Shown piece by piece: positions 25,690 through 38,492 of a stretch of 64,000 nucleotides of DNA. How positions within the stretch are numbered: position 1 is the stretch's first letter; every line of letters starts with the position of its first letter. Source of the stretch: Octopus sinensis (Eukaryota); the NCBI RefSeq assembly GCF_006345805.1, contig NC_043008.1:50778001-50842000 (forward strand). Direction: 5' to 3'. The notes under the pieces are model-generated. The model saw nothing but the letters and a program-made list of their open reading frames with translations. It was not told the DNA's origin and did not search any database. The position numbers and the translations under genes were made by a program.

Positions 25690-26320
25690 GTGTCAACTGT
25701 GCTGCAAGATCTTATATGATATCACGTGAAATTTATTTTAATGTCAAGTTGAATAGTCTTTATGTTATGATATTTCGTGATGCTTGAAATATCAAATTAT
25801 ACATTTTATCGAATATATCTTATGACTTGTAATGTCAAATGTGATTTTCTGTCAAGTGAGCTTTTATGTCAAGTGTTATGTCAAGTATAATATTATGTCA
25901 AGTGTGTTGCTATACCAAATATATGTCGAGTGTTATTGTCATGTATGATGATATGATAAAAGTGTTTATATTTTAAGTATGTTACTACTTGAAGTGTCTT
26001 ATGTTGCGTGTTTTAAGTCGTGCGTTTGATTGTCAAATGTGCAATTGTGTCGTGTTGTTATGTCAAGTCTGTTGATAAATCAAGTGTGTATTGTTATTAA
26101 GTGAAGTATTTTCATATGTCAAATGCGCTGTTATGGATGTCAAGTGTATTGCTACCAGCGTGTTGTCTTGTCAAGTGTGCAATAATTATGTCATGTAGTG
26201 ACACCATATGTATCAGATGTGTTGACATGTCGACTGTGGGTGTCACGTCAAACGAGAAGTTATGTTCAGCGCGTTGTTGTCAAGTGCTGTTATGTTAAGT
26301 GAGATGATATTATAAAACGT
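25690..26320. repeat. Degenerate TGTTATGTCAAG-type minisatellite
   Basis: ATGTCAAG/TGTCAA recurs throughout. Confidence 0.65.
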
Positions 26321-26642
26321 GTGTGGTATTTATTTTTTACTTGTTTCTGCCATTAGGTAATGGCCATGCTGGAGCACCACCTTGAAGAAATTTTAGTCGA
26401 ATGAATCGATCCCAGTATTATTCTATGCGTCTCTTTTGCCAAAACTATTAAGTTACGGGGATGCAAACACACCAGCACCGTTTGTCGATCGGTGGTGGGG
26501 ACAAACAAAGACACACGCACACACTATGTATATATGATATAACGCACAACTATTACATTATAGAATATTAATAAATATATATATATATATTATTATATAT
26601 ATATATATATATATAATATATATATAATTATATATATATATA

Positions 26643-27039
26643 CTAGCAGTATCGCCCGCGTTGCTCGGGTTGTAAGGGAAATAAATATATAAGCATTTTA
26701 GAGAGTTATAGCCAAAAAATAGCAAAAAAAATGCATTAAAAATTGAAAAAAAATTAAGGTATAAATTTATTTTTAAATCGTTGACACATCGTAGATATTT
26801 TTAGAGAGTTACTTCCCTTATATAAAGCGGAAAAAAAAATGCATTAAAATGGAAAAAATATGATGGTAAATTTTTTTAAATCGTAGACTCATCGTAGACG
26901 CACGCTAATACCCAGAAGGGCTCGATATGAATCACGACTATAAGATACCCGCTTTTGGTTAAACTGCACCGCAAAATGTGGGAGTAGTTTAGAATCTAAA
27001 TCGTAGGAGACAGACACACAACTCACTCTTATATAAAGA
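26643..27039 (-). mobile_element. Non-autonomous Helitron, copy 1
   Basis: - strand A|TC...CCCGAGCAACGCGGG hairpin..CTAG|T; homologous to the 51833 copy. Confidence 0.8.
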
Positions 27040-27947
27040 TGCTTTTTTTTCAGTCATAGAGTTAGATTTATGAAGGTCTTCAGTAGAAAATCCTTCGAAT
27101 TCTGACTCGCTGCTGATATAATGAAATTCGTATCCATTTTTGTCAGAATTACAAATTTTGAAAACACAATATGAACAATTTCGGAAAAAAATCTCCCATA
27201 ATTCACGGAATTAAAATTACACTTCGATTTTTGTACAAAACTGTAGTTGAAGTGTTTACGAAGTATAAATACGTGTTTTCACGAATGTACTAAAGAGATT
27301 TGCTCTGATATTCTCATTTAAATATGAATAGGTAAATTCGGGCGGCTTGGTAACTATATAAAGTGTCGTCTGTTTATACATAAACACTGTTTCATACTGC
27401 AATTATATATACATATATCTTATATAATATCTCTTATTTATATTATATAATAAAATATATACAGAGTAAAATAAAAACCAATTACTTTTCTGTCCGTCGT
27501 GTGTCTGCAAATGTGTTGGAATGATAAGTGAGTTGAGTTTTGGCGCCTTTTTTACTAATAACAAACACACACGTGTTTGTATGTAGTTGTATGTGTATGT
27601 AGTTGTATGTAGTTGTGTAGTTGTATATGTATGTGTATGCGTGTGTGTGAGGAATGACACACACACACTCACGCCCGCACACATGTACATCAATGCTTTC
27701 AGGAGTGATATGTTAAAATATTGAGTTTTCTCGAATTTTGTCTTAATTGGTGGAAAATTGAAAGAAATTTTTTATGGCATCACCACACTGAAGTACTCTG
27801 AAAAATCTTAGGTAAATTCTAATTGAGAAATTGTGTGAGGGATTAATGGTTATGTATTATTGTTTCTGTTTGCTGTGTTTTTTATGTTTTGAGTAGTGGT
27901 TTAAATACTTTCAGTTTAGTCTTCCTCAAATCACTCTGTCGCTATTT

Positions 27948-28213
27948 ACTTTCATTTTATTCGTTGCACACTGTGTGTGTGCGTTTGCGTGTGGTGTAAA
28001 CCAGACTAAGAAAAATCATTTGACACACACACCAGAATGTGAGTTTCTGTAAATTTTGCTTAATTGGAGTTTAAATTTAAAAAACTGGAGCTGGCATGAC
28101 GCGATGCATTGTACTCTTAAAATGCTAGGTAAATTGTAATTGAAGAAATCCTATATTGTAGATTTGTATAACTCCCAAAGGGAGGCAGATAAAATCTGCC
28201 CTTTATAATAAGA
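27948..28213 (+). mobile_element. Interspersed repeat with two 3' hairpins (probable rolling-circle/Helentron-type), copy 1 of 3
   Basis: Near-identical ~265-bp blocks at 27948, 29903 and 33058, ending CTCCCAAAGGGAG-GCAGATAAAATCTGCC-..TATAATAAGA. Confidence 0.65.
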
Positions 28214-28612
28214 CTAGCAGTATCGCCCGGCGTTGCTCGGTTGTAAGGGAAATAATTATATAAGCATTTTTAGAGATGTAAAGTATAATAGCCATCTCGA
28301 TATGGCTAACACAAAGGGGGAGGGATGTTACTGTAGCTTTACGTTCTGTTCTGAGATTTAATAATAAATTTAGAGAGTTACTTCCCTTATATATGTCAAA
28401 AATGGATTAAAAATGGGAAAAATTGATGGTAAATTTTTTTTTAAATCGTAGACTCATCGTAGACGCGCGCTAATAATACCAGACGGTCTCGATATGAATC
28501 ACGACTATAAGATACCCGGTTTGGTTTTTTAAACTGCACCGCAAAATGTGGGAGTAGTTAGGAATCTAAATCGTAGGAGACAGACACACAACCTCACTTT
28601 TATATATAAAGA
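28214..28612 (-). mobile_element. Non-autonomous Helitron, copy 2
   Basis: Same termini as copy 1; inserted between the A and T of the preceding element's AAGAT end. Confidence 0.8.
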
Positions 28613-28674
28613 TTTCCTCTATTTACATAATATGAGGTCTCTTTCTTTCTTTTGTTATCTTACTGTTTTTACCA

Positions 28675-28723
<49 letters not shown>

Positions 28724-28784
28724 CAGAGATGTACTTGCATAGCAAGTGACTTGATCTGAGATCGTGTGCTGGAACGAAAACAGT

Positions 28785-29039
28785 TGCAGCGTTGAAGGTG
28801 TTTATAAGCCATTTAAGAAACACACAAAAACCGTTAGATTCACTTCAACATTTAAATTTAATTGTCAAAATATTTTCGTCGCTTTGAGACGCGACCTGTT
28901 AGCACGATATTTTTGTCAGTGAACAGGTCGCGGTCTCAAAGCGACGAAAGTATTTTGGCAAATTAAATTTAAATGTTGAAGTGAATGTAACGGTTTTTGT
29001 GTGTTCTAAATGGCTTACAAACACCTTCCACGCTGCAAT
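28785..29039. repeat. Inverted repeat, ~115-bp arms with a 21-bp spacer
   Basis: TTGCAGCG...GACGCGACCTGTT / AACAGGTCGCGGTCTC...CGCTGCAA are reverse complements with few mismatches. Confidence 0.85.
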
Positions 29040-29398
29040 ATATATATACACACATATATATATATATGTATGTATGTATGTATGTGTATATATGTGTATG
29101 CATGTATGTGTGTGTGTGCGTGTCTGTGCTTGTGATTGTCCTCCACCACTGCTTGACAACGAATGTTGGTTTGTGTACATCCCTGTCACCTAGTGTTTGA
29201 CAAAGGAAACAGATAGAATAGTACAATGCTTACAAAAATAAAACTGGAGTTGATTCATTAATACCAATTCTTCAAGGCATTGCCCCAGCATGACCACAGA
29301 CCAATGGCTGAAAAAGCAGAAGAATAAAAGAATACATTCTCTGATTTGGTCTTATGTTCAAGCATGAGAAAGCTTGAGTTTACATGAGAAGGCCTAAC

Positions 29399-29667
29399 AG
29401 ACCTGGTAGAAATAGCAGCCAAATTTCCCCCAAATCAACCTTACTGTCTTATCTATGTATATATGTATGTATGAGCCTATGAGGGAGACCCCTACATGGC
29501 AGCTAGACCTGGTAGAAATAGCAGCCAATTTCCCCCAAATCACACCTTACTGTCTTATCTATGTATATATGTATGTATGAGCCTATGAGGGAGACCCCTA
29601 CATGGCAGCTAGACATGGTAGGAAATAGCAGCCAAATCTCCCTCAAATCACACACTACTGTCTTATC
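29399..29667. repeat. Tandem duplication, 106-bp period, ~2.5 copies
   Basis: AGAC(C/A)TGGTAG units start at 29399, 29505 and 29611. Confidence 0.85.
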
Positions 29668-29902
29668 TTTCTGCTACTTGGATATAGGTTGTAATCGTCG
29701 TAAAAAAACTTTCCTGTCACACACTCACGCACACACACACACACACGCACCCTCACACACACACACACGCGCACACCCACACACACCCACTCACACACAT
29801 GCACGTTAGCTTACAATTTTATTTATATATTTGCGTGTGTCTATGGTGGATTGAGGAAGTGGGAGGCAGAGTGAAAGAATCACTCACTACAGTAAGTCAA
29901 TT

Positions 29903-30170
29903 ACTTTCATTTTATTCGTTGCCCACTGTGTGTGTGCGTTTGCGTGTGCTGTAAACCAGACTAAGAAAAGCATTTGACACACACACCAGAATGTGAGTTT
30001 TCTGTAAATTTTGCTTAATTGGAGTTTAAATTTTTAAAACTGGACCTGGCATGACGCGATGCATTGTACTTCTTAAAAATGCAAGGTAACTTGTAATTGA
30101 AGAAATCCTATATTGTAGATTTGTAAACTCCCAAAGGGAGGCAGATAAAATCTGCCTTTTATAATAAGAT
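29903..30170 (+). mobile_element. Double-hairpin repeat, copy 2 of 3
   Basis: Matches 27948-28213. Confidence 0.65.
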
Positions 30171-30267
30171 ATAATATAATATTATATATATATATATTAA
30201 TAAAACGGTAAGATAACAAAAGAAAGAAGAGACCTCAATATTATGTAAATAGAGAGGAAATTTACCT

Positions 30268-30807
30268 ATACAATAATATGACTTACTCGATAGTCAAGAT
30301 TAAACTCTGAGTTTCAGATGCCGAAGTGGAAATCCACAACACCATCTCTTCGGTTATCTGGCTATTTGAAAACGCTATGGAAAAATACCGTTATACAAAG
30401 GAAAATTACTGTGTTATAACTCTGCTTGCCTGCGTACTTATACATCGCTCGCATTTTTCGGTCATAAAAATTATATAAAAATACATAAAAAATATATAAA
30501 AAATATATAAAAATATATAAAAATATATAAATCTTCTTGGGACATAACATAGAAAGCATGTTCTATCTGTTTTCTTTAGGGGACCAAACGTAAAAGAAAT
30601 TTAGTCTTATGACGAAAAATGCGAGCGAGCGATGTATAAGTACGCAGGCAAGCAGAGTTATAACACAGTAATTTCCCTTCGTATAATGGTATTTTTTCAT
30701 AGCGTTTTCAAATAGCCAGATAACCGAAGAGATTGTGTTGTGGATTTCCACTTCGGCATCTGAAACTCAGAGTTTTATCTTGACTATCGAGTAATGTAAC
30801 ATATTAT

Positions 30808-30812
<5 letters not shown>
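30268..30812. mobile_element. Fold-back element / long-TIR MITE (~210-bp arms, ~130-bp spacer)
   Basis: ACTCGATAGTCAAGAT..CTCGCATTTTTCG on the left is mirrored by CGAAAAATGCGAG..ATCTTGACTATCGAGT on the right. Confidence 0.8.
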
Positions 30813-30878
<66 letters not shown>

Positions 30879-31004
30879 AAACTGTTACTCTGAGTTTCAC
30901 GTTTCCCGTTTCGTCGGACAGTTTTTGCTAGAACCTATATATATATAGGTATATGAATATATATATATATATATATAGCTATATGAATATATATATGGTA
31001 TATG

Positions 31005-31079
<75 letters not shown>

Positions 31080-31429
31080 CATATACCTATATATACACAC
31101 AGATATGTGTGTGTGTCAAATATATTTATAACTTGTAATGTCCAATGTGATGTTGTGTTATGTGGTGATATTTCAAGCATGAAGTTATGTCAAGTGAGTT
31201 CGTCATTCGCCATGATAGATCGCTAGCACTACACATACTTTCTTTCTCTCCTTGTTTCTTTCTGTGTTCCTTTCTGTGGAAGAGCGTAGGCTCGAAACGT
31301 AAAAGACATTTTCTATTCCTGAGCGTTATACTAATACATCTGTTTGTTGTCTACACACCTGTCTTTGTCTTTTATTTTTGTGAATTTGCATCTCTCTCCC
31401 TCTCTCTCTCTATATTATATATATATATG

Positions 31430-32062
31430 CTAGCAGTATCGCCCGGCGTTGCTCGGGTTTGTAAGGGAAATAACTATATAGCATTTTTAGAGAGTTATAG
31501 CCAAAAAATAGCAAAAAATGCATTAAAAATGGAAAAAAATATGATGGTAATTTTTTGAAAAATCGTTGACTCATCGTAGACATTTAGAGAGTTACTTCCC
31601 TATATAATAACGAAAAAATGCATTAAAATGGAAAAAAAACGATGGTAAATTTTTTTTTAAATCGTAGACTCATGTAGACGCTTTCTTAGCCATTTCTGTT
31701 TTGGTGTCTTCAAGCCATGAAGTCGTTGTTCTAAAAGAACGCTGGTCTCCTTGACAACGCATTACGACGTTGATTTCCTTACACTTCCTTCCCCACAGGT
31801 GCAGGTGTGAGCGTGGACGCCAACTCCGCCGCCATCGACACAGAAAAAAATATGCATTAAAATGGAATAAAAAATGATGTTAAATTATTTTTTAAAATCG
31901 TAGACTCATCGTAGACGCGCGCTAATACTCAAACGTGCTCGATATGAATCACGACTATAAGCTACCCGAATTTGGTTAAACTGCACCGCAAAATGTGGGA
32001 GTAGTTAGGAATCTAAATCGAAGGGGACAGACAACACACAACTACAGTTTTATATATATAGA
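31430..32062 (-). mobile_element. Non-autonomous Helitron, copy 3 (long form with an extra ~155-bp segment)
   Basis: Same termini as the other copies; extra segment at ~31681-31835. Confidence 0.75.
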
Positions 32063-32134
32063 TATACATAGCGCAGTAGTGGTGAGATGTGACAGCAAAG
32101 AAAAGCATATAATCACTCTCTGCAGGCAATTAGA

Positions 32135-32400
32135 CTCGGAAAGTCGTGAGGAACCCATTGACCCAATTTGCTGACTTTTCCGATAGCACACAGGTCTCAA
32201 TGAATGGTTGAATGACCAAATCCAAGCTTCTCTGCTAGTTCCTCAACAGTTACGATGGATTTTGTTCCACCAGGTTTTCAGGAGTGCCTTGTCGAGTTCT
32301 ACAGATCTTCAGGATGAGGCTCGTCTTTCTAGGCTGTTCCAATATAGCTTTGAAAAAAAGCTGTTAAAATCGAAATGCACTCTTCAAAACTTGCACTATG
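32135..32400 (-). mobile_element. Mariner transposase relic (HTH to WVPHEL linker)
   Basis: - strand DEPHP/RSVELD..LVEQNP/VTVEELAEKLGFGHSTIH*DLCAIGKVSKLGQWVPHDF; frameshifts and a stop. Confidence 0.8.
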
Positions 32401-33057
32401 AATAAGGACAAGATAAATTACTACCTGCTTTTATAGCAAGTTAATATAAGTAGTTTATCCCATTCCCCTCTGACTTTTAGTTCAAGCTGTTGAAAAAACC
32501 GCATTATTATATATATATACATACATACTACATACATACATACATATACACACACACTCTCTCTCTCTCACACACATGCACACATTTATATTCTGTTATT
32601 CTTTTATATGTTTCAGCCTTGAGGTTGTGGCCATGCTGGATCATGTGTGTGTGTGTCTATCTGTCTGTCTGTCTGTATGTATATATGTATATGTATGTGT
32701 GTGAACAATAATATTTTCAACAGATGTGTTGCAAATGTATCTGATTGTTCTCAGCTTCAATACTGTGGTGTGTGTGTATGTGTGTGTGTATGTATGTATG
32801 TATATGTATGTATGTATGTATGTGTGTATGTATGTATGTGTGTGTGTATGTATGTATGTGTGTGTGTGTATGTATGTATGTATGTATGTATGTATGTATG
32901 TATGTATGTATGTATGTATGTGAGTGTTCCTCAAATCACTATCTCTGGCTATTTTACTCTCTTCCAAGAACATTTTCACTCACACTTATGTATTAGCTTC
33001 CATACATTTTACTCATGTATCTATCAGATGATAGAGAGAAACAAATATTACATCTAG

Positions 33058-33320
33058 TTTCACTTTATTCGTTGCCCACTGTGTGTGTGCGTTTGCTTGT
33101 GGTGTAAACCAGACTAAGAAAACATTTGACACCACACACCAGAATGTGAGTTTCTGTAATTTTGCTTAATTGGAGTTTAAATTTTAAAAACTGGACCTGG
33201 CATGACGCGATGCATTGTACTCTTAAAATTGCTAGGTAAATTGTAATTGAAGAAATCCTATATTGTAGATTTGTATAACTCCCAAAGGGAGGCAGATAAA
33301 ATCTGCCTTTTATAATAAGA
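33058..33320 (+). mobile_element. Double-hairpin repeat, copy 3 of 3
   Basis: Matches 27948-28213. Confidence 0.65.
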
Positions 33321-34129
33321 GATATACTATACACACACCACACACACACACACACGATGGGCTTCTTTCAGATTCCGTCTACCAAATCCGCTCCGCTCAC
33401 TATAAGACTATAATAGAAGACACTTAGCCAAGGTGCCACGCAGTGGGACTTACAAAAAATTTTGATAATGTTATATAAAATGAGACGCCGTGCTGATTGT
33501 GTGTTAGAAGCTTCTATAGGGTGTCGTGGGGTGGATTGTGTGATATTTTGGGTTATCACAAGCACGTTAGAGATTCATCTGAAAAAAAAAATAAAAGACA
33601 AATTTGAGCTCAGTGGGATTTGAAACCAGAACGCAAAAACACGGAAGAAACGTTACAAAGCATTTTGTTCGATGCTCAAGCGGTTCTTTCAATTCGCTTG
33701 TAAATAAACACTGCCTCGGGATGCATCTTACCATTTATTTTCGATGATGTCTTAGACTACATCTAGTCGTGGGGCCTTGGTTCTGGAGTCTCAGGGTAAG
33801 CGGCGGTGGTACAGAACAATCCCTTAGCCACAGTTGTTCCCAGATCTACCCTGGCCTGAACTAGTGGCGCCTGTCAGCTATGAGTTAGTTAAAATAATTA
33901 GGGCTTGTCAACGACCTATGCATGTGAAGACTGGATCCGGAAGACACTGCGAAAGAAACCGGCAAGGTTCAAAGGAGGGAAAGGCGTTGTTGTTGTTGTT
34001 GGTGGTGGTGGTGGTGGTGGTTGTGGTGGTGGTGGGTGGTGGTGGTGGTGGTGGTGGTGGTTGTGGTGGTGGTGGTGTGTGTGTGTGTGTGTGGTACTGT
34101 TGTTTTTATTGTTGCAAGTGTTAAGGTGT

Positions 34130-34505
34130 GGAGGCGGAATGGCCCAGTGGTTAGGGCAGCGGACTCGCGCTCGTAGGGTCACGGTTTCGATTCCCAGATT
34201 GGGCGTTGTGAGTGTTTATTGAGAGAAAACCCCTAAAACTCCACGAGACTGCGGCAGGGGGCGGTGAACTCTGATGTACTCTTTCACCACAACTTCCTCT
34301 CACTCTTTCTTCCTGTTTCCGCTGCGCATGTATTTCAAAGGGCCAGCCTTGCCACACACTGTTTCACGCTCAATCTCCCCGAGAACTACGTTAAGGGTAC
34401 ACGTGTCTGTGGAGTGCTCAACCACTTGTACATTAATTTCACGAGCAGGCTATTGCGTTGATCGGATCAACTGGAAACTTGTCGTCGTAACCGACGGAGT
34501 GCCAT
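34130..34505 (+). mobile_element. tRNA-derived SINE, family C
   Basis: GGCGGAATGGCCCAGTGGTTAGGG (A box) and GGTTTCGATTCCC (B box). Body and tail recur at ~18185-18440, 51495-51630 (-) and 63825-64000 (-). Confidence 0.8.
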
Positions 34506-34714
34506 GGCAGAATCGTTAGCAAGCCGGACAAAATACTTAACGGCATTTCGCCTGTCTTGACGTTCTGAGTTCAAATTCTGCCGAGGTTGACTTTATCTTT
34601 TATCCTTTCAGGGTCGATAAAATAAGTACCAGTTGAACACTGGAGTCGATGTAATTGATTTACCCATCCTCCCAAAATTGCTGGCCTTGTGCCAAAATTT
34701 GAAATCAATATATA

Positions 34715-34985
34715 TCTCTTTTACTCTTTTATTTGTTTCAGTCATTTGACTCTGGCTATGCTGGGGCACCGCCTTTAGTCGAGCAAATCGACCCCATGAT
34801 ATATTCTTTGAAAGCTTAGTACTTATTCTATCGGTCTCTTTTGCCGAACCGCTAAGTTACGGGGACGTTAACAAACCAGCATCGGTTGTCAAGCGATGTT
34901 GGGGGAACAAACACAGACACGCAAACGTATACACACACACCACACACACACGCACACACACACACACACACGCACACACACACAC

Positions 34986-35049
<64 letters not shown>

Positions 35050-35230
35050 TATATATATACATATATACGACGAGCTTCTTTCAGTTTCCGTCTACCAAAT
35101 CCATTCACAAGGCTTTAGTCGGCCCAAGGCTATTATAGAAGATACTTGCCCAAGGTGCCACGCAGTGGGACTGAACCCGGAACCATGTGGTTCGCAAGCA
35201 AGCTACTTACCACACAGCCTCTCCTACGCC
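34715..35230 (-). mobile_element. SINE family B
   Basis: Reverse complement of the 17407 and 41520 copies. Confidence 0.8.
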
Positions 35231-36539
35231 TATATAGAAAAATATTTTAATGTTTTTTTTTAAGCCAAAATAATTCAACTTATAAAAAATAATACAAGTT
35301 AATGGTTTTTTTACATACGTTTAACTTGTATTTCAATATTTTGGGTTTAAAACCACTTCTTCAGTAAATATCCAGAAAAAACTGAAACAGAAAGCATACG
35401 TACAAACCATCGACTTGTATTATTTCTTAAAACTCGCATTCCTTTGGTTTTAGAAAAATTAAACGTGCGTGTGTGTGTATGTGTGTGTATGTGTGTTTGT
35501 GTGCGTGTATGTGTGTGTCGTAAATTATAGATATACGATGTATCGTATATTGTAATACTTTAGTCGATCCGATTTGGTATAATATGAAATGTCTAAGGTA
35601 TCGGTCAGTCGGAACGAACTCTAAATCATGTACTTGGAAAACGAACTTCAGAACCACACCCTCGTCTCAGCGACCAGAATTGTTGCCAGAAAGTCAACAA
35701 GTTAGAGCAGAACCCTCGTGATTTTTGGGGGGTTTTTTTGCTATTGTTTTTGTTGAGTTTCTTTTGTTTTGTTGTTTATTTTTCAATTGAAACAGGGACG
35801 GCAATATCAGCCATAAAAACTAGATTGGTATACAGTGTGTGTGTGGTGGGTGTACGGCGCGTGTGTGTCAATATGTGTGTGTGTGAGTGTGTGTGTGTGT
35901 GTGTGTATGTGTGTGTGTGTTATTGTATGTGTATCCGTGCATGGTGTGTGTGTGTGTGTTATTGTATGTATGTGCATCCGCGCATGGTGTGTGAGGTAAA
36001 ATATTTCTCCATTGTTATAATTGTTTCGTCAAAATAAAAGAAAATAGAGGAGCAGCAACAACGACGAAAAAGGAGGAAGAGGAGGAAACGAAGAAGATGC
36101 GGAGGGGGAGGAGGACGAGGAGAAGAAGGAGGGGGAGGAGGAAAATGTAGAAGAAAAAGAAGAAAAAAATAAGAATGTATATTTTCTTTTACTAATTGTT
36201 AGTTTAAATAAAACTACTTCGATCTTTTATATCCCATTTATCTGCGATATTCAATGTTTTGTGGTGTCTTGTATAAACTATTATTTTTCTAAAGAAAAAA
36301 AATCCCATTTGTTTATTTAATTATTTCAATCGTTATTGGTATTGTTATTGTTTTGTTTTGATTTTTAGAGGTTCTATTTTTTTTTTTTTTTTTTTTTTTT
36401 GGTTCTGTTCGGTATTGTGATTATGGAAGTAACATATATTTACGCATTCTTTAAACATGGTGTACGGAAAGAGATGGGTGAGAAATATTGTTTCTCATCA
36501 CAGTAATCTTGTTACAGATAAGATTTTACTAACTCACCA

Positions 36540-37030
36540 TTTATATAGTGTAACGAGACCCCAACTGAGATTTGAACCGGAGCTCTCAGATTTCACTCCG
36601 TGAAATCTGGACTTCTTGAACTTCCGGACGTCCGAACTTCTGTGCTTCCGGTCTTCAGGTTTTAGCTCCTGCTCGTAATGGGGTTTCCATAGACGAAAAT
36701 TCATTTCTTTATGTATTGTGTGTCGTGTTTGTCCACTTTCACGAGCTGCCTCACGTGTTGGTTTTTGCGGGCTGCGGATTAAGCATTTCCTGCACTGTTG
36801 CCACGCTCCCCGCTGATCGGGATTTGGTTGGGCGTCCACCTCTTGCATCGTTCACAGAGCCCGTGTACAACAGCTTTGCATAACAACTTTTTATTGTCTT
36901 CGGACGTAGTGTTGCATGCTCACCTTTCCATGCATGCCACCATCTCTGAAACAAAACAATGGAATCCCACACTTCATAGCGTGCTGCTATCTGAGAACAG
37001 TCAAGCGAACCGGTCATCTGGAAAAATAAG
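36540..37030 (-). mobile_element. Tc1/mariner-superfamily transposase N-terminal relic
   Basis: TGSVNDA-RGGRP..RS and RSPQKPTREAARESG..MNFRLWKPHYEQELKPED lie in two frames; frameshifted. Confidence 0.7.
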
Positions 37031-38492
37031 AAATAAGACAATAAGAAAATAAGAAATCCTCATTAGTTTTATCTTTTTACTCTTTTACTCTTTTACTTGT
37101 TTCAGTCATTTGACTGCGGCCATGCTGGAGCACCGCCTTTAGTCGAGCAAATCGACCCCGGGACTTATTCTTTGTAAGCCCAGTACTTATTCTATCGGTC
37201 TCTTTTGCCGAACCGCTAAGTGGCGGGGACGTAAACACACCAGCATCGGTTGTCAAGCAATGCTAGGGGGACAAACACAGACACACAAACATATACACAC
37301 ACATGTATGTATATATATATAAATGGTGGTAGTGGTGGTGGTGGCGGCGGCGCTGGTGGTGGCGGTGGTGGTGGTGGTGGTGGTGGTGGTGGTGGTGGAG
37401 ACGATGACAATGACGATGACGACGACGACGACGACGACGACGACGATGATGATGATGATGATGATGATGGATAGAAACTTGCAGGAGTTTAAAAAGTTAA
37501 TAAGGACATTAAAAGTCTTCGGTGGAATATAATCATAAAACTGATAGTTTGGATTATCTGTTGTTTTAAATAAAGCAGGGGTCATATTGACCCCATGGTA
37601 CCAGTTAAGGATTAACATAATATATTGTGGTATTATCAATAGGTCTGTAAGGGTGGCACGGGAGAGAAAATGCTGCGCAGTAATTAATTTCGTTGGTTAT
37701 TTCGTAACTAATTTCGAGTTCGAATCCTTTTATGCCACCATTTGTCTACGGGAAATATTGATTATATTCGGTCCAATGGCCTGCAACTATTCCAACACAT
37801 CGTTTGTGTGTATAAATATAAATTATGCAATAGTGTGTGTGTAAGTGTCTATGTCTGTGTTTATCCCACCTCCACCGCTTGACAATCGGTGCTGGTGTGT
37901 TTACGTCCCGGTAACTTAGCGGTTCGGCAAACTAGGCTGATAGAATAAGTGCCGGGCTTTCTAAAATTAAGTACTGGAGTCGATACATTCGACTAAAAAT
38001 TCTGGTTGTGGTGGTGGTGGTGGTGGTGGTGGTGGTGGTGCAACTGCTGTTGTTGTTGTTGTTGTTGTTGTTTGTGGTGGTGGTGGTGGTGGTGGTGTGC
38101 TACTGCTGCTGGTGCTACTGCTGCTGCTGCTGGTGCTGGTGATGAGTATAATGGCAGAGTTAAATTACAAAGGCTTTCCAAACAAGCGTAAAACCAGACG
38201 TTACTCGCCATATTGACATTTTCTCTGCAAACGTAATATTTTTAAATGACTGAAAAACGTTTCCTTCTTACCTTGATTTCTTTACTTCCCAAAATTTTTC
38301 CGTAATTTTACTTAAGTTTCTGCAATATTGTATGCTTTGTGCTTAATCCTCATTCAATTTGTTTTTTTTCATTCGTTATTTTCATTGACATATTTTCATT
38401 CATTGTTTTTATCTTTATCGATTTCTATTTGCAGATATTGGAATCTGCACAAAGGCTTTTGTGCTTTTCTGATATATGAGAATATATACAGA

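Noticed and set aside
34130-34200. tRNA-like sequence
   Set aside because: A and B boxes are present, but it continues into a multi-copy SINE body; no complete cloverleaf.
38328-38492. N-terminal 55 aa of the ORF-track protein
   Set aside because: Lies in an intron pyrimidine tract and 5' UTR; the acceptor at 38433-38434 and the signal peptide point to ATG 38493.
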